DNA from: Sphagnum compactum
Lineage: Eukaryota
Assembly (NCBI GenBank): GCA_965153455.1
Contig: OZ234493.1
Coordinates: 24,480,213 to 24,544,212, forward strand
Direction of reading: 5' to 3'
Length of the DNA: 64,000 bases
A model generated the notes under the pieces. It was given only the letters and a program-made list of their open reading frames with translations. It searched no databases and was not told where the DNA came from. Both the position numbers and the translations under genes were made by a program. Below, one piece after another: positions 11,501 through 24,715 of the stretch (positions are counted from its first letter, which is position 1; every line of letters starts with the position of its first letter).

Positions 11501-14500
11501 AAAATTTGTCCTCATGATTCCAATTTTTATTTTAGTTTATTTTATTTTATTATTATTTTTGAGAAGTATTGTTAGCATTACCCACCCCAACAAAAGGGCA
11601 TATGGTTATGAGAGTGTCTTGAAGTATATCCAACTTAATACCCCTTTTTTTTCCTTTTACAATGGACTTTGGATGGAACTTTGATGGATTTTTTTGGGGG
11701 CAGCAATGTAACCCTACCTATTGGTAAATATTTTGAGTTTTGTTAAATACTTGATAGGGAAGGGTGAAAATATCACGTACCCACATTTCCCCTTTTTTAT
11801 CACCTTTTAATATGGTAGTGTTCTTGGGCTTATCATTTGATTTATACATATGTATATTATTTGAGGTGCAAATATGTTCAAAGGAAACAAAAATCATGTT
11901 GGATAGGGTTGAAATTTATTTATTTTTTTACATTTTAAAATTATGTTAATCATTTCAAATTGTGTTAAATGACTAATATAATTGTTGAGAAATTAAATTA
12001 AAATTTTATTAAATTTAATGTTGGGTTTTGGTTTTAGTAAAGGACTCTTGAACTTGAACAATAGGTGTATCAAAATTAATCAATTTTGCAAAGGAATAGG
12101 GAAAAAGACTTCTTTTTTAAAAAAATGAAAATAAAAAATATAGATATAATAGCTTACTATCCACACTTGAAAACAATTCACAATTTGGAATTAAACTTTT
12201 TTTAAATTCAAATTTTGTTCTAAAATCTCAAAATTTCAAAACCCTTTTATCACATGTAAATGGGATGTAATGCACATGGTATACAAAACAAACTTGTAGA
12301 TTATGATTTATGATACATGAAACAAAAACTTAAAATAGTTAGCATATTTTTATAAGATTCAAAATTATGATACTTTTTCAAGATGAAATACAAAATCTAG
12401 CAAAATTTGCACATTTTGAAATTTTCATATTTATTCAACAATGATTAATATAAAAAATGATATATTGAGATAACTATTTGTATTTTTAATAAGAAGTTGC
12501 AAAAGATTTCACTCAAAATAAAAATCATATGAAAAAGTGAAAAATGACTAAAAAATACTCAAATTCTTTTTATGAAGTAATATTGTTGACTCCTCCAAAT
12601 GTATTTGCACCTTTTGGGCATATATATATTGTTAAAAGAAATGTATGGAAATTGTGTAAAATTTTCAAGCTAAGTTAGAAATTAAGGGAAAAATATTTTG
12701 CAAACTTATCCACTTCTAACAATGTCCATTTTCAAAGTTCAAAAATATGGACTAATTAGCTAATTGGAATGGTAGAGAATTAAACAATTCGTATCAATTG
12801 TCATTAGTGATTTAATATGTGATGTAATATGAATTAATACATGTTGATACGAAAATTTTCACTCAAAAATCATAACCAAATTCGAATTGAGGACTTTTGA
12901 ATAGTCACATTGAATTATATTTTCACAAGCCCTCAAAATCAAAATCTTTTAATTTTCTTTTTTCATAAATGCATGTTCTTGAAATCTCTACCTGACCTCT
13001 TATTAATATGCAATTTAGTACTTTTGGTACATGGATGATATTATTATTCAACCAATGATACTAGATAAAAACTATCACTTTTAAATTGTCCAATGAAATT
13101 TGTGTGAATTTTTTCATTTTTAAAATTCAAAAAAAATTGAGCCACTCAACCATGCATTCACCTTCTAGTATACAATTATTGTATTTAAACACACCATAAA
13201 AAAAAAAAAACTATAAATTTCATGACAGAGTATATTGTGCAAACACACCTAAAACACTTATGGGAATCCCAAGAATAGGTATGCAATTTTGTATTCAATT
13301 TATGCTCCATAATTTTTGAATCCCCACTTTACCAATCAATCTTTAAACTTGTTAGTATTACACTTTGTGTTTTACATATGCTTCCTGAAAGCTATACAAT
13401 TATCTTCAAACACATTCAATTTCCACATTCTTGAAAACCAAATTGAGCTCATGATATAGTTATTAGAGGATTCCAATAGTAGAATGATGGGAACATTCAC
13501 CAACCTTTGGAAGTGTGATTAAAGCTCACACAATATGGCTTTGCGTATATGACAAATGCTATAGAGATTTTTGTCTCAATACATGAAATCCAAAAGAATT
13601 CATTTGATATCAAGAACTAGCAGATCGTCTACAAATATTTTCATTACGCATATCTTAGAAACAAAAGCTGCACAAGAAGAGTAGAACTGACAAACAGAAT
13701 ACCCAAGAATCGAAACAAGTATGAGAAGAGGTAGAAATTATCTCAAAAGACTCCCCACATCTGAATGCAGTATTCAAGATAAGTGCTTGCATGAGAAGAG
13801 GTTCAAATTGGCTTGAAAGACTGCAACATTTTAATGCAGGAATCAAGCAAAATGCAAGCACAGTTAAAGAAAGTTGTTCAACTACCCCCAAAGAGATTTT
13901 TAAGCACCAAACTATTTTGCATAGTTTGCAAGAGCTTCCTGCAACTTGACAACCCACAGATCATTCACCACTGATATAGGTAGCTTTTCAATGACGCGTA
14001 GCCACTTAGAAATTTCTAGAAGAGAAGATTCACAAGTTCAAACTTTAGACAAGAACTGGAAGCAGAGAGACAATGAAGCTAATACAAACCATGGGTGCAG
14101 AGCAGTGTTGGTCTGGTATCGACTTTCAATCATTTACAAGATCAACACCAGTTCAGAGCATGAAGAACAAATGACCAGTCTTTTGATAAACAGCTAGGAA
14201 AAGTTGAACGTGATCAAGAACAAAAATTTTACAGAAAAAGAAAGACCCATCTTGTACAGAAGGGACAAATACCTTGATCAGGCGTTGTTTCTCTTGTCCT
14301 CGGTGTTTCATTGCATGATTTCCAATCACAAAATCAATGTGAATGTTGTGTATCTGAATCTCAAGGTGGAAGGATGTTCCACAACTACAAGCCTTTGGGG
14401 GAAAAAACAGAGTTTCTCTTGTAAAGTAGTAGAGAGAGAGCTAAAGAACTATACCCAGAACTCCCAATATGGGTCCAAAGGGTCACCACAAGCGTAACTC

Positions 14501-14781
14501 AAGCTTGCATCGCCCACATGCACCAAGGGGATTAAATAAGTCACTAACCCATTGCTGCTGCTTGATTGCAGCAAATGAAGGAATATTTACCTGTAACATG
14601 ATGTGTGAAACTGTTCTTCTCCAAAGTCTTGCATGTTGTGTCGGTGTGTTTCAGTTTCCACATCATTCCCAGGCTGCTCCCCCCTGCCAAAGAGGAAGGA
14701 GAAAATGCTGCCAGAGTGTGCCTCTTTATCTCCCTCTCAATCTATCTGTGTCTTGATCTATGAAACACAGAAGACAACTCA

Positions 14782-17700
14782 TTATGCTCGTAACCGGTTG
14801 ACATAAGCCAAGAATCCAGTGAGGCGGGGAGCTGTGCGCACACGCTCCGAACGTCTGACTGATGCCTCTTCAATTGCATACCGTTGTGCAAGCTCCTTGG
14901 ACCTCTTTTGCAATGCAGTACTGCACTTACTCAACAAGAAATTCCAAATCAAACTGGGAACAAACATAGATGATTCACAGATAGGTCAAAGCACAGAAAA
15001 TCTGACCTTCACATGGATAAGGTTTCTCAAACCATGGCTGCTCGATTCAGGGTTGTGATATTGCAAGACTGCCCTCTTGAGACATATGTGCCAGCAGGTC
15101 ACAATCTTTGCATCCCGACTGATGACACAGAAGCAGAGATGCAAACAACACCATAACTACTACAGCTTCGCCATGAAGGTTCAGAAAGATGTACAAGTTC
15201 TAGAACAGATTTAGAAACAAGGAGGCAACTAACCTGATCTTGCCATATACTGTCTCCATTTGCTTGTGCAAAGCTTTCTCCCTGATCCCTTTGACATTCA
15301 AGGAGTTGAATAAGGCATCCAGCTGCACATACACAAAATGCTTCTTGAAAATTGTGCAGAGAGGGCAAAAAGAAAAAAAATCATGGACCAGGGAAGACAA
15401 CAACAATATCAATAATATAAGAGGGATGTTTTGCGCCACATATACTTGAAAAGCGGTTACCTCCTCTTTGGCACTATAGTAGCCCCATCGTTTGCAATCA
15501 TCACTCTCCACAAACAGTCGGCCCTCCCTAAAAAAGAACCAAAATCGATTGTGAAAGCGATCTTTCCCAAGGGGCATAGTCCGAATGTAATGTTTCTCCA
15601 TCTCTCGCTCCAAATGTTCTTGCTGCACCTCCAAAGTTTCAGAGTAATTAAAAACCCAGATAGTACTACTGTGAATCAATAAAGATTTCAAATCTAGAAG
15701 TTTTCAGGATGAAAGCAGAGGTGCACTGTTCTACATTGCATTACATTGCAATGGGTCAGTAGTCATGCACCTTCTTCAGTCTCTCAGCCAGTTTTTGCTC
15801 CTGGACCTTGCGCTGTGCTAGTGCCTCAGCTTGCTCTTTCCTCTTCTCCTGGAGTTTCTTCTGTTCTTCACTGCGTTGTCGCTCCTTCTCTTTCTCTAGT
15901 GCTAACTTTGCAGCAACTTTTTCCTTCAGTAGCATGTGTCTTGATCTACTGACTGATGCACTTTGATGGTGACTTTCCTCTTTCCTGAAAAGCTACCCCC
16001 AGAGTTAACTTGACAGAAACAGCTGCTTAAGACACAACACACAATTCACTAGGGTTACATGCAGAATGGTTCTTCATATATCAGGATTACATTGCAGATG
16101 TTTATGCAAACTTCTGGAGGTGTAAGAGGTGAGAAGGTGTACACTATAAGCCCATTACTGATGATTGTTGGTGAATGGTTCCCCAAAGAATTGCGCTTCC
16201 CTTTAACTGTCCAGCCTGTGGGATGCTCATCCTCCAGGACCTGACCCTGAAGATCCTTTGCATCATACTCTTCACCACCCTCTACATGAACAAGGCTTTC
16301 CAGATGGTCAATTGTTTATCCTTTTGCATAGCAAAAGCCAGACAACAATAAGAGTGAGAGAAAAATGCAGAGGCCACAAGCAAGCAGTGAAACAAGTAAT
16401 CTAAGGAACAACTCATCAAAGCTGCAAGTACCAGTCTCTGTGGTCAAAACCAGAACCATACAGCCTCCATGGATCTCAATACCCGTATAAGCATAAATGG
16501 AGCAAGAAGTCAACAAAACTACAACAATGATGTATTATCACCTTCTAGATCTCTGTCTTCTCTGCCATTCTCTAGATTTTTGCCTTCCTGGTCACCATTC
16601 TCTAGAGTCAGGCCATTGGTATTCCCAGTACGCTGTCGCTTCAGGATCTCTTGTTCTTCCTTCCGTTCTTCCACCTCAGCTTCCCGCTTGCTAGCAGCAG
16701 CAAGCTGATGTTCCTCAATATTTTCATCTATTTGGGTTCTGATTGCATTCGAGCTAAGGCAACAACCTACCAATTCAGTAAGAATCTTCAACTTTACAGA
16801 GGCATCCAGCTGTCTGTACAAGCCCTGACGGATTGTAGGAACATGTGCTGTGAATTTGCATTCGTTTGGTAACTCTAAGAAGTCACAAAGGTCATCCTGC
16901 CAGTTCACCATCATGATCTGCAGCAACTCCATAATCAGAAAGCTCATAGAAGTTCTATTGAGAGACCAGAAAGACAGAGAGGATTCTCAGAGTAAAACCC
17001 TAACCCATCACGAAAATTGAGGCAACAAGTGTAAGAGCTGACCTCAATCCGCCGCTTTCTTTTATGGCAAAATTCTTCTCGGCGTATGGGGTCTGTCAAA
17101 GCAACCCGGAGCAGTGCAAAATTCATCTCAATCAATAAGGGTGCTTCACCTTCCGTATAATCAAGTGATTTTTCCAGCTCCTCTATGGTTAAAGGTGACA
17201 GATGGAGTGCCTTGCTAAATAAACAACAAAAATCCCAAACCATCAGCAGGTCACCCATGCACTCCATAGGCAGGATAAAATCTGTGGATGGAACTGGGCG
17301 ATCAGCAAGCTGGGGATCTTCTGGTGATGGCTTGACTTGAGAATCCTCAATTGGGTATTGGATGGGCTGCTGGAAAATAGCTGCAAAAATGTCCAGATAT
17401 GCTTCAGTTCTCCAGAAACTACAAGTTATCAGAAAGACAGTACCATCATGAAACCTCCACTCATGACATTCATACTGTTGATGTTCCAGTCTTACAAAGA
17501 GCAACACTTGCACATAAGAATGGGTCTGCTCCACTCAATCTGCTTGTTGTTCAGTCTCTCCCTGATTTGTAATTCTCAGTGTAACAAGTTACCCTTTTTT
17601 TCAACATGTTGTCTTTTCTTGTCTCCTTTCTTTTCAGTTGTTCCACCCTCAGTTTGCTTGCGCTTCCTTTGTGAGTTTGCTTGTCTCTTCGTTTCATCAA

Positions 17701-19333
17701 CCTGTATCTCAAAGTCAATGCGTTAGGAGGCACTCAAGGTTTGGGCACTTGGTGTTCACAGCAAAATAAACAAACACAAGAAAGACAAAATTCTTGTGCA
17801 TGTGCAAAAACCCAAGTCAGGACAGTTCACAAATCCTCTATGCATTCTAGGAGCTATGATACTGATGCTTGAATTCAATTCCCTACGTCCTGAGCTACAA
17901 AGAGTTCCATAAGCATAGTCAATGCATTGCAAGAAAAGAATCCAAATTACTCACTTCGTTCCGTCGTCCCCTTTCACTTGGAGGTGTACGTTTTGATGGT
18001 GTCTCTTTCGGCTTTATCTGTTCTGGAGCAACTAACGCTATCTTGTACTTCCTGGCATGTTTGTCATGCACAGACCATGGTGAGTTCCTGGAGGGACCTG
18101 AGGATGCTGATTCCCTGACAAAAGCTTTAAGCAATGCCCGAGAGAAAGGCACTTTCTTGCGTTTGAGGTTGTCTGCAGATTCCTTGGATGTACCAATTCT
18201 TCTATTGTCATCATCTAACCACGCAACCTCATACTGATGGGATCCATCCTTCTCATCCTCAAGAATTTTCAAAATCCGGCACATACATGGTGAAGCTTCA
18301 CGGACACCTACCACCACCTCCCCTACTACAAACCTTTCCTTGAAATTCTTGTAGAGCCTATCAACCAGCTCATCGATCCGAAGTCGACCTGCACCCATAC
18401 ATACACCCAGATCTTGCAACCATTGATCAGGCCCAATGTTTCTGAAAATGTAACACCCCTGAGCTCTGCCGGTGTACGCCATAATGCCAAAAATCTAGCA
18501 AAAGACAGGCAATGTAAAAAGTTGAAAGCATTTTTTGCATGTTATACGTATCTCTAAGGCGCAAACTGTCCAAATTTGCTTCAAATTTCAATGTTCCACA
18601 GACATGGGGATGAAAGAAAGATTACACAACTGAATTGGACCAAATGTAAGACTGGTCCCATGAACTCCTTTGGAAATTGTTGAACTTTCTCGGTGGCTTT
18701 GCGCTCCGATACTACAGCTTCTTCGTATGTCAGATTGGACTTCCCTGATACCTTACAAGTCCAAACCCTGCGTCGATACAAATTCATGCAACTCAAATAA
18801 TCTCTGTGAATCCAAAAGTCAAGGATTGTTCTCTGTGCAAAAACCAAAGCACCTGGAAAAACCAGCAATACACCCCCAAAAATATATATCCCCCCTCCTC
18901 TCACCTTCAATAGAAAAACCAACTGCTCTGTGTGTGTGTGTGCATTTCTCTCCATAAAATTATTCATTCATGTATGGGCATGTGCTGCGACATCTAATCC
19001 TTCAGTTAGATGCACAGAATTCGACGAAAAACAAGAAATTCCTGTGATCAGACAATCCATGGCAACGACGACGACGACGACGACAACCCCCAAAAGACAA
19101 GAAACGCAACACCCAAAACAGAGAAGAGAAAAAACAATCAAAAGACCCATTCAAAGAAAAAGCACAACAACCCATTCAAGCAAAAGAATGCAGCACCAAA
19201 AAAACAAAATGACAGGATACTGATAGTCCCTGAAAATCTCTTTAGTGAAGCGCACTTGAAAGACTTCCTCATTAGGCTTCAGATCCTTGGGAGGCTTCAT
19301 CACAGTATACGGCCTTCGTTTCAACAGTGGCAT
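14782..19333 (-). CDS. WAC/DDT/WHIM-WSD domain protein (ACF1/BAZ1-like ISWI accessory subunit, plant DDT-domain family), 11 coding exons
   Basis: WAC start MPLLKRRPY...EEVFQVRFTKEIFRDY/QDYLSCMNLYRRRVWTCKVSGKSNLTYEEA; DDT motif GDLLMVWDFCCLFSKALHLSPLTIEELE; WHIM motifs YRQLDASVKLKILTELV and PLGKDRFHNRFWFF...WGYY...LDALFNSLNVKGIREKAL. Phase-consistent exons with GT-AG introns: 19333-19221, 18803-18631, 18388-17955, 17701-17593, 17380-17043, 16917-16542, 16281-16143 (donor least certain), 15984-15771, 15622-15461, 15322-15234, 14920-14782. Confidence 0.9.
18804..19220 (-). other. U12-type (minor spliceosome) GT-AG intron, intron 1 of the DDT gene
   Basis: The 5' splice site reads GTATCCTG. A branch site TCCTTGAC (18825-18818) has its A 16 nt from the CAG end, with no long pyrimidine tract. 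Splicing joins RDY-Q-DYL in frame. Confidence 0.85.
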
Positions 19334-20024
19334 TGTAGCTCCTGTGAGCTGCTGCTGATGCCGCCTTCTTCCGCCCTCTCAAACCCCCCACCTCCCCTTG
19401 TCCCACTTTCTTTCACTCCTTCCCAAATGCTGCACACAAAACAAACACACACACATATGTAGGTATCCACACTTCCTTTCCCTTCTCCTCTTCTCTCTTT
19501 CTCTCTGTCTCGGTCTCTCTGAGGCTCTATCCGTCTCACTCTCTGCAAGTGAAATTCAGCAATGATATGGGTGCTTGCAGTACAAGCAATTGCGAAATCT
19601 GCATCAAATTCAGGGAGCAAACAATTAGGGCTGGGAGCTTGGCAGGTCAAGCAGTAATGAGATCAACATGGAAAGGAAAGAAGGGGGGGGGTAGGGTGGG
19701 GAAAACAGGGGACGGTAGAGGGGGGGGGGAGAGACCGACGGAGGCAGAGAATGTCCAATTTCTATGCAACTGAGTTGTTGGGTGTGCGGAAAAAAACGGC
19801 GCACGATCGATTTCCGTTGCAACACGAGTCTAGGAATCCGAATTAGATCCATGCGCGGAAGAAATGCCTCAAGAAATTCGCGAGAGAGACACAGACTGCG
19901 AGAGAGGAGAGGAGGAAAGGGGGGCTTTGGGCGTTGGCGCTTTTGCGTTCCCGTTTCCCTCCCTTCGCTGTGCCAATGCTGCTCGTCTTTTCGTTCGTCC
20001 CTTAGCTCTCTTCGTCCGTCCAGA

Positions 20025-20645
20025 ATTTCCGTTCGTCAAATTTTCGTTCGTCCAGTGGCCGTTTTTATAATTGTTTCTTTAGAAGTCGACTGATTAACTT
20101 ATTTCAGTTCACTTTCTTATTCTAATTCGTTTGCTTTTAACTTCCGTTCGTCATTTGATCGTTCGTCCAATGGCCCTTTTTTTAATTGTTTCTTTAGAAA
20201 TCGACTCGTTAACTTATTTCAGTTCTTTTTTTTCCCTAATTCGTTTTCTTTTTCACTTCCGTTCGTCTTTTGATCGTCCTTCTAGTGGCCCTTTGTTTCA
20301 ATATATTTCTTGAAATTTCGATTCAATAAATTGTTTCAGTTCACTTTTTTATCCAACTCGTTCGTCCTTAATTTTCGTTCGTCGTTTGATCGTTCGTCTA
20401 TTGCCTGTTTTTTAATTATTTCTTAAATTTAAAAATTGTTTCAGTTTACTTTTCTTTCTTTTTATTCCAACTCGTTCGTCCTTAACTTCCGTTCGTCGTT
20501 TGATCGTTCGTCTAGTACCTTATTTTTTAATTATTTCTTTAAATTCTTAAATTGTTTCAGTTCACTTTTTCTTGTTTTTTAATTCCAACTCGTTCGTCCT
20601 TAACTTCCGGTCGTCGTTTGATCAAACGTTCGTCCAGTGCCTTTT
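20025..20645. repeat. Degenerate ~115-bp tandem array (about 6 units) rich in CGTTCGTC
   Basis: The TTCCGTTCGTC...TTTGATCGTTCGTC core recurs at ~20027, 20141, 20256, 20372, 20486 and 20604. Confidence 0.85.
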
Positions 20646-20882
20646 TGTTAACTATTTCTTTTAAAAATCGCGTTGCTTTATTCATTCATTTATTATACCG
20701 ACATTTTTAATTATTAGATTAATTAATTTAGGTTCACTTTTTTATTCCTTTTTTGCCCTTTTGGTAAGGTTAAGGTGGGGATGTTCATGAGAGTGGTTTT
20801 TCATCCCCAATTTTTCATCATAAAATTTTAAGAATGTTGGGAAATCTTACCAAGAATAATAAATAAAGAATTGGATTTTTTT

Positions 20883-20884
<2 letters not shown>

Positions 20885-20926
<42 letters not shown>
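20885..20926. repeat. (AT)n microsatellite
   Basis: Direct reading of the AT run. Confidence 0.95.
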
Positions 20927-20932
<6 letters not shown>

Positions 20933-22091
20933 TATGAAGAGAAAGATGGGAAATAAGAATAATGCACCTTACAAACCATAAATACTAAAACCCAAACTCG
21001 CCTCCCCAAGTGTCAAACCTTACACTTAAATTGTAGAAATTTTCAACCAAATCTTTTTTAATGAATTTTTAAAGCTTTAATCCATAAAATGTTTTATTGT
21101 TATCTTTTAGAATATATTAAATTAGAATATTATTTCTTTTCATTTTATGCATATTTGGGATTTATTTATTTTTCATTTTAGAAGTTTTAAAAATGTAATA
21201 ACATATGAATCAGATTATTATTATTGTAAAGTGATAATCAATAATATTATTGCCATTTGATCCTCTTGTATAATTAATTAACCATTTGACATTCTTATGT
21301 ATGGCAAGGTAATCCCATGGTTATGCAATAGAGTTTTGGATGGAATTCTCACAACTACATAGTTTTTTCATTATTTTTTTTTTTGTTGCCCAATACCAAT
21401 AATATCTATGGTTTGTTTACATTTGTCGAAATATCAATATTTGATCCAAGAGACACTTGTAAAAAAAGTAAAAAATATATATTAATAAAAATATAAGGTA
21501 CAATATATTGATTGTTGAGTAAAAACTATAAGTTGATTAAATAAAAAAGGGTACATTTTATTCAAATAATGAATTTAATTATAATTTAAAATATTTAAAA
21601 ATTTGAAAATAATAAATTATGATTAATATAATATAACTTTTATATGTATATATGTTAAAAGTAAATAATAATAAGATGATAAAAAATAGGTTATACCAAT
21701 TATCTTATCCTCTAAAAATGGTGGTTTGATGCATGTAGATCTCAAACTTTACACTAAGTGTTCTTTGATATTATTAAATTAAATTTATGAATATTTCAAA
21801 CAACAAGGTTCTTATTACAGATTATTAAATAATTTGCTCTTCAATTATAGGTAGTAGACCAATCCTTGAAATCGGTCCAAAGTTTTACAACAAGGGTTTG
21901 TTGCCACACACATTGTTGTCTTCTAAATTTCACACCACCTTTGAGCCAATACCAAAGCTTACTTCTACAATTTGCCTCATTATGCTTTATAAACCTAATT
22001 GAATTCCTTAAGTTTATCATCTTTCACAATTCCATATTCCATGCACTCTTGAGAGACATACTCCAAAAGCTGGAATTTGAACACATGAAAA

Positions 22092-22616
22092 GAGATCACA
22101 CCACTCATTACAAAAGATTCCCGTAACCCATGCGTTTCACATTAACAAAAACTTTCAATTTTTGACATACTTAGTCAATCACAAAGGAGCAAAACTAGAA
22201 CTAAGAACTAACCTCCCTTCGAGATCACACAATTCAGTACAAAAGATTTCTGTAACCAATGCGTTTCACATTGATCAAACTTTCAATTTTTGACATACTT
22301 AATCAATCACAAAAAAGGAGCAAAACTAGAACTAAGAACTAACCTCCCTTCGAGATCACACAACTCGTTACAAAAGATTTCCGTAACCCATGCGTTTCAC
22401 ATTGATCAAACTTTCAATTTTTGACATACTTAATCAATCATAAAGAAGGAGCAAAACTAGAACTAAGAACTAACCTCCCTTCGAGATCACACAACTCGTT
22501 ACAAAAGATTTCCGTAACCCATGCGTTTCACATTGATCAAACTTTCAATTTTTGACATACTTAATCAATCACAAAGAAGGAGCAAAACTAGAACTAAGAA
22601 CTAACCTCCCTTCGAG
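22092..22616. repeat. ~131-bp tandem repeat, 4 copies
   Basis: GAGATCACAC...CCATGCGTTTCACATTG...GGAGCAAAACTAGAACTAAGAACTAACCTCCCTTC starts at 22092, 22221, 22352 and 22483. Confidence 0.95.
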
Positions 22617-24174
22617 TCACAAGTGTAATCTATGGTTGGACATGAATAAAGGTGCGCGCACATGTGAAATTAGTAAGTGGTTTTGCACTTCCCAACATTC
22701 ATCAATTGATGGCCTCACAAATGTTGGACCTTCTTGCACAACTACCACTTCCTTTCCTATGTATCCATATGACTTTCCAAACATGTAGAGCAAAAACTAA
22801 AATGTTCAACATAATGGTTGTTTTTTGAAGCAACTAAACACAATAAATTTCAACATATATTTTAGAAGTTTGTGAAGAACCAGAAGCTTTGGACAACCTA
22901 CTTCAAGTTGGCCCCATATTCAATAATTCTACTTTTGAAAACAAAAGACAAAAGAAATGAAAAAGTTAACAATGAAAGAAAAGATCATCATCAATTCAAA
23001 GCTTTCCTTGAAACCTTCAATTTAGTATCAAGAAGGGATCCCTTTTGATGAATGGGTTCACCTAAATTCAAAACCCTTATTTCCTAACCCCAACACCCTA
23101 CCAACAACATATGCCTACATCAATTGAAACCTAACCCCTATAAAAAGACCTTAAGACTCATTAGGTGGGGTTTGAGGATAGATACAGCTAACCCTAGGAT
23201 TTTTCAAATCGAGCTCAAGGCCAAGTTTATAGGATATTACATGCCTTAAGGTGAGTCTTGTGGTGAGACTTTCCCCATCTAGAATTGTTGAACCAAGTAC
23301 CCGAACTCAACCAACATTGGTTGTTAAAATATATTCACCTTTGCAATAACTCTTTAATTATAAGATGCCCACATTTTGACCTTACCAATTTCTGAGTTAT
23401 ATTTATTAACCATATTTTCACATTAAAAAAAAATTCATGCTTCAAATTTTGGTTAAATAGGTACCCATTGATGTTGGTTGAGGTAGGGTTCTTTAGAAGA
23501 ACCATTGGGTTTGGGTCTAATGTGTTTCTTTAAATGGACGATACATAAGTTCTTTTTAAAACCTGTTAGTTTCGGGCAACAATGCTTGGGCAACAGTGCT
23601 AGCTTGTGAAAAGGTGAACATGAGGAAGTGAGCTTAAAGGAATATTTTTAAAATGTTTATTACCACATAAATAAAAAAATTTGGAATATATTTTGTCAAT
23701 CAAAAAAAATTTTGATTATGTGAAAAAATATTTTGTTGCATAGTAATTTTCTAAACATGGATGAAAATTTTGGAACATTGAAATGGATGGAAGTTGAAAA
23801 GTTGATATGTTTGAGGCCTTAAGTAATTGAGATTGCATCTAAGACTTATAACGCATTTCACATTCATGAACAAAACTAAATTTCAAAAGATAAGATAAAT
23901 GTCAATAACTATTATGTATTGTCCATTTGCACATGTCACAACAAGTCTACCATTTTGGATTATGTTTCATTCTCTACATGGGACAAGAGTCAAATCACTT
24001 AGCACAACTTGTTAAACATTGAACTTTGTTTCACTTCCAAGTTGAATGATTGGGTTGCAAAATCCATGGTCTTACAAAATTCTTCCATCTACGAATAATA
24101 AATTACATGTTGTAAAATGTAATACATGTGCTTACAATGCACACATTTCCCTTGCTTGCCCAACAAACTTGCCA

Positions 24175-24715
24175 TCATTTATTTATGCAAAGGTAGTTTG
24201 TTTTATTTTGTTTTGTTTTGTAGGTACGAGATCCATCGAACCGGGATGCTTCAAATCGTGTTTTTGGTGTCTTTGGAAAGCTCTCAACAAGAAGGGGTGC
24301 ATGGGCTTGGTTCTACGATGTTTGGATTTGTGGTGCAAAAGCTTTTGAATATTTTTCACTGAGAATTAAACTAAATTATATTGAAAATTTCAAAGGAATT
24401 AGAATGTGCCTTTGGTGTTGTTGGAAAGATCTTGATGAGTAATATTTAATGGAATTTAATTTGGAATGTGGGGGATATTGATTTTTACGTGATTTCTGCT
24501 CTTGAAAATTCAAATAAATTCCAAGTTTTGGAAGGAAAAATACATTGAGAATGTGGTAACACTTGAAGGCTTACCATTCAATTCAAGCATGATTTCCTTT
24601 CATATTTGGTTGTTCAAAAAATCAATACATACATTGCAAAACAAATTTCACATTTTGAGTTTCTTTATTTTGTAATTTGGGTTCACACTTGGGCCAACAA
24701 CACAAGCCACATTAG
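24175..24715 (+). mobile_element. Possible non-autonomous Helitron-like element
   Basis: Starts A|TC and ends ...GGGCCAACAACACAAGCCACATTAG|T, read as a degenerate GC-rich subterminal motif plus CTAG>TTAG at an A/T target. It has no coding capacity and the ends are degenerate. Confidence 0.3.

Noticed and set aside
19321-20313. ORFs upstream of the DDT gene
   Set aside because: These arise from GA/CT-rich 5'UTR, promoter and tandem-repeat sequence and are not protein-like.
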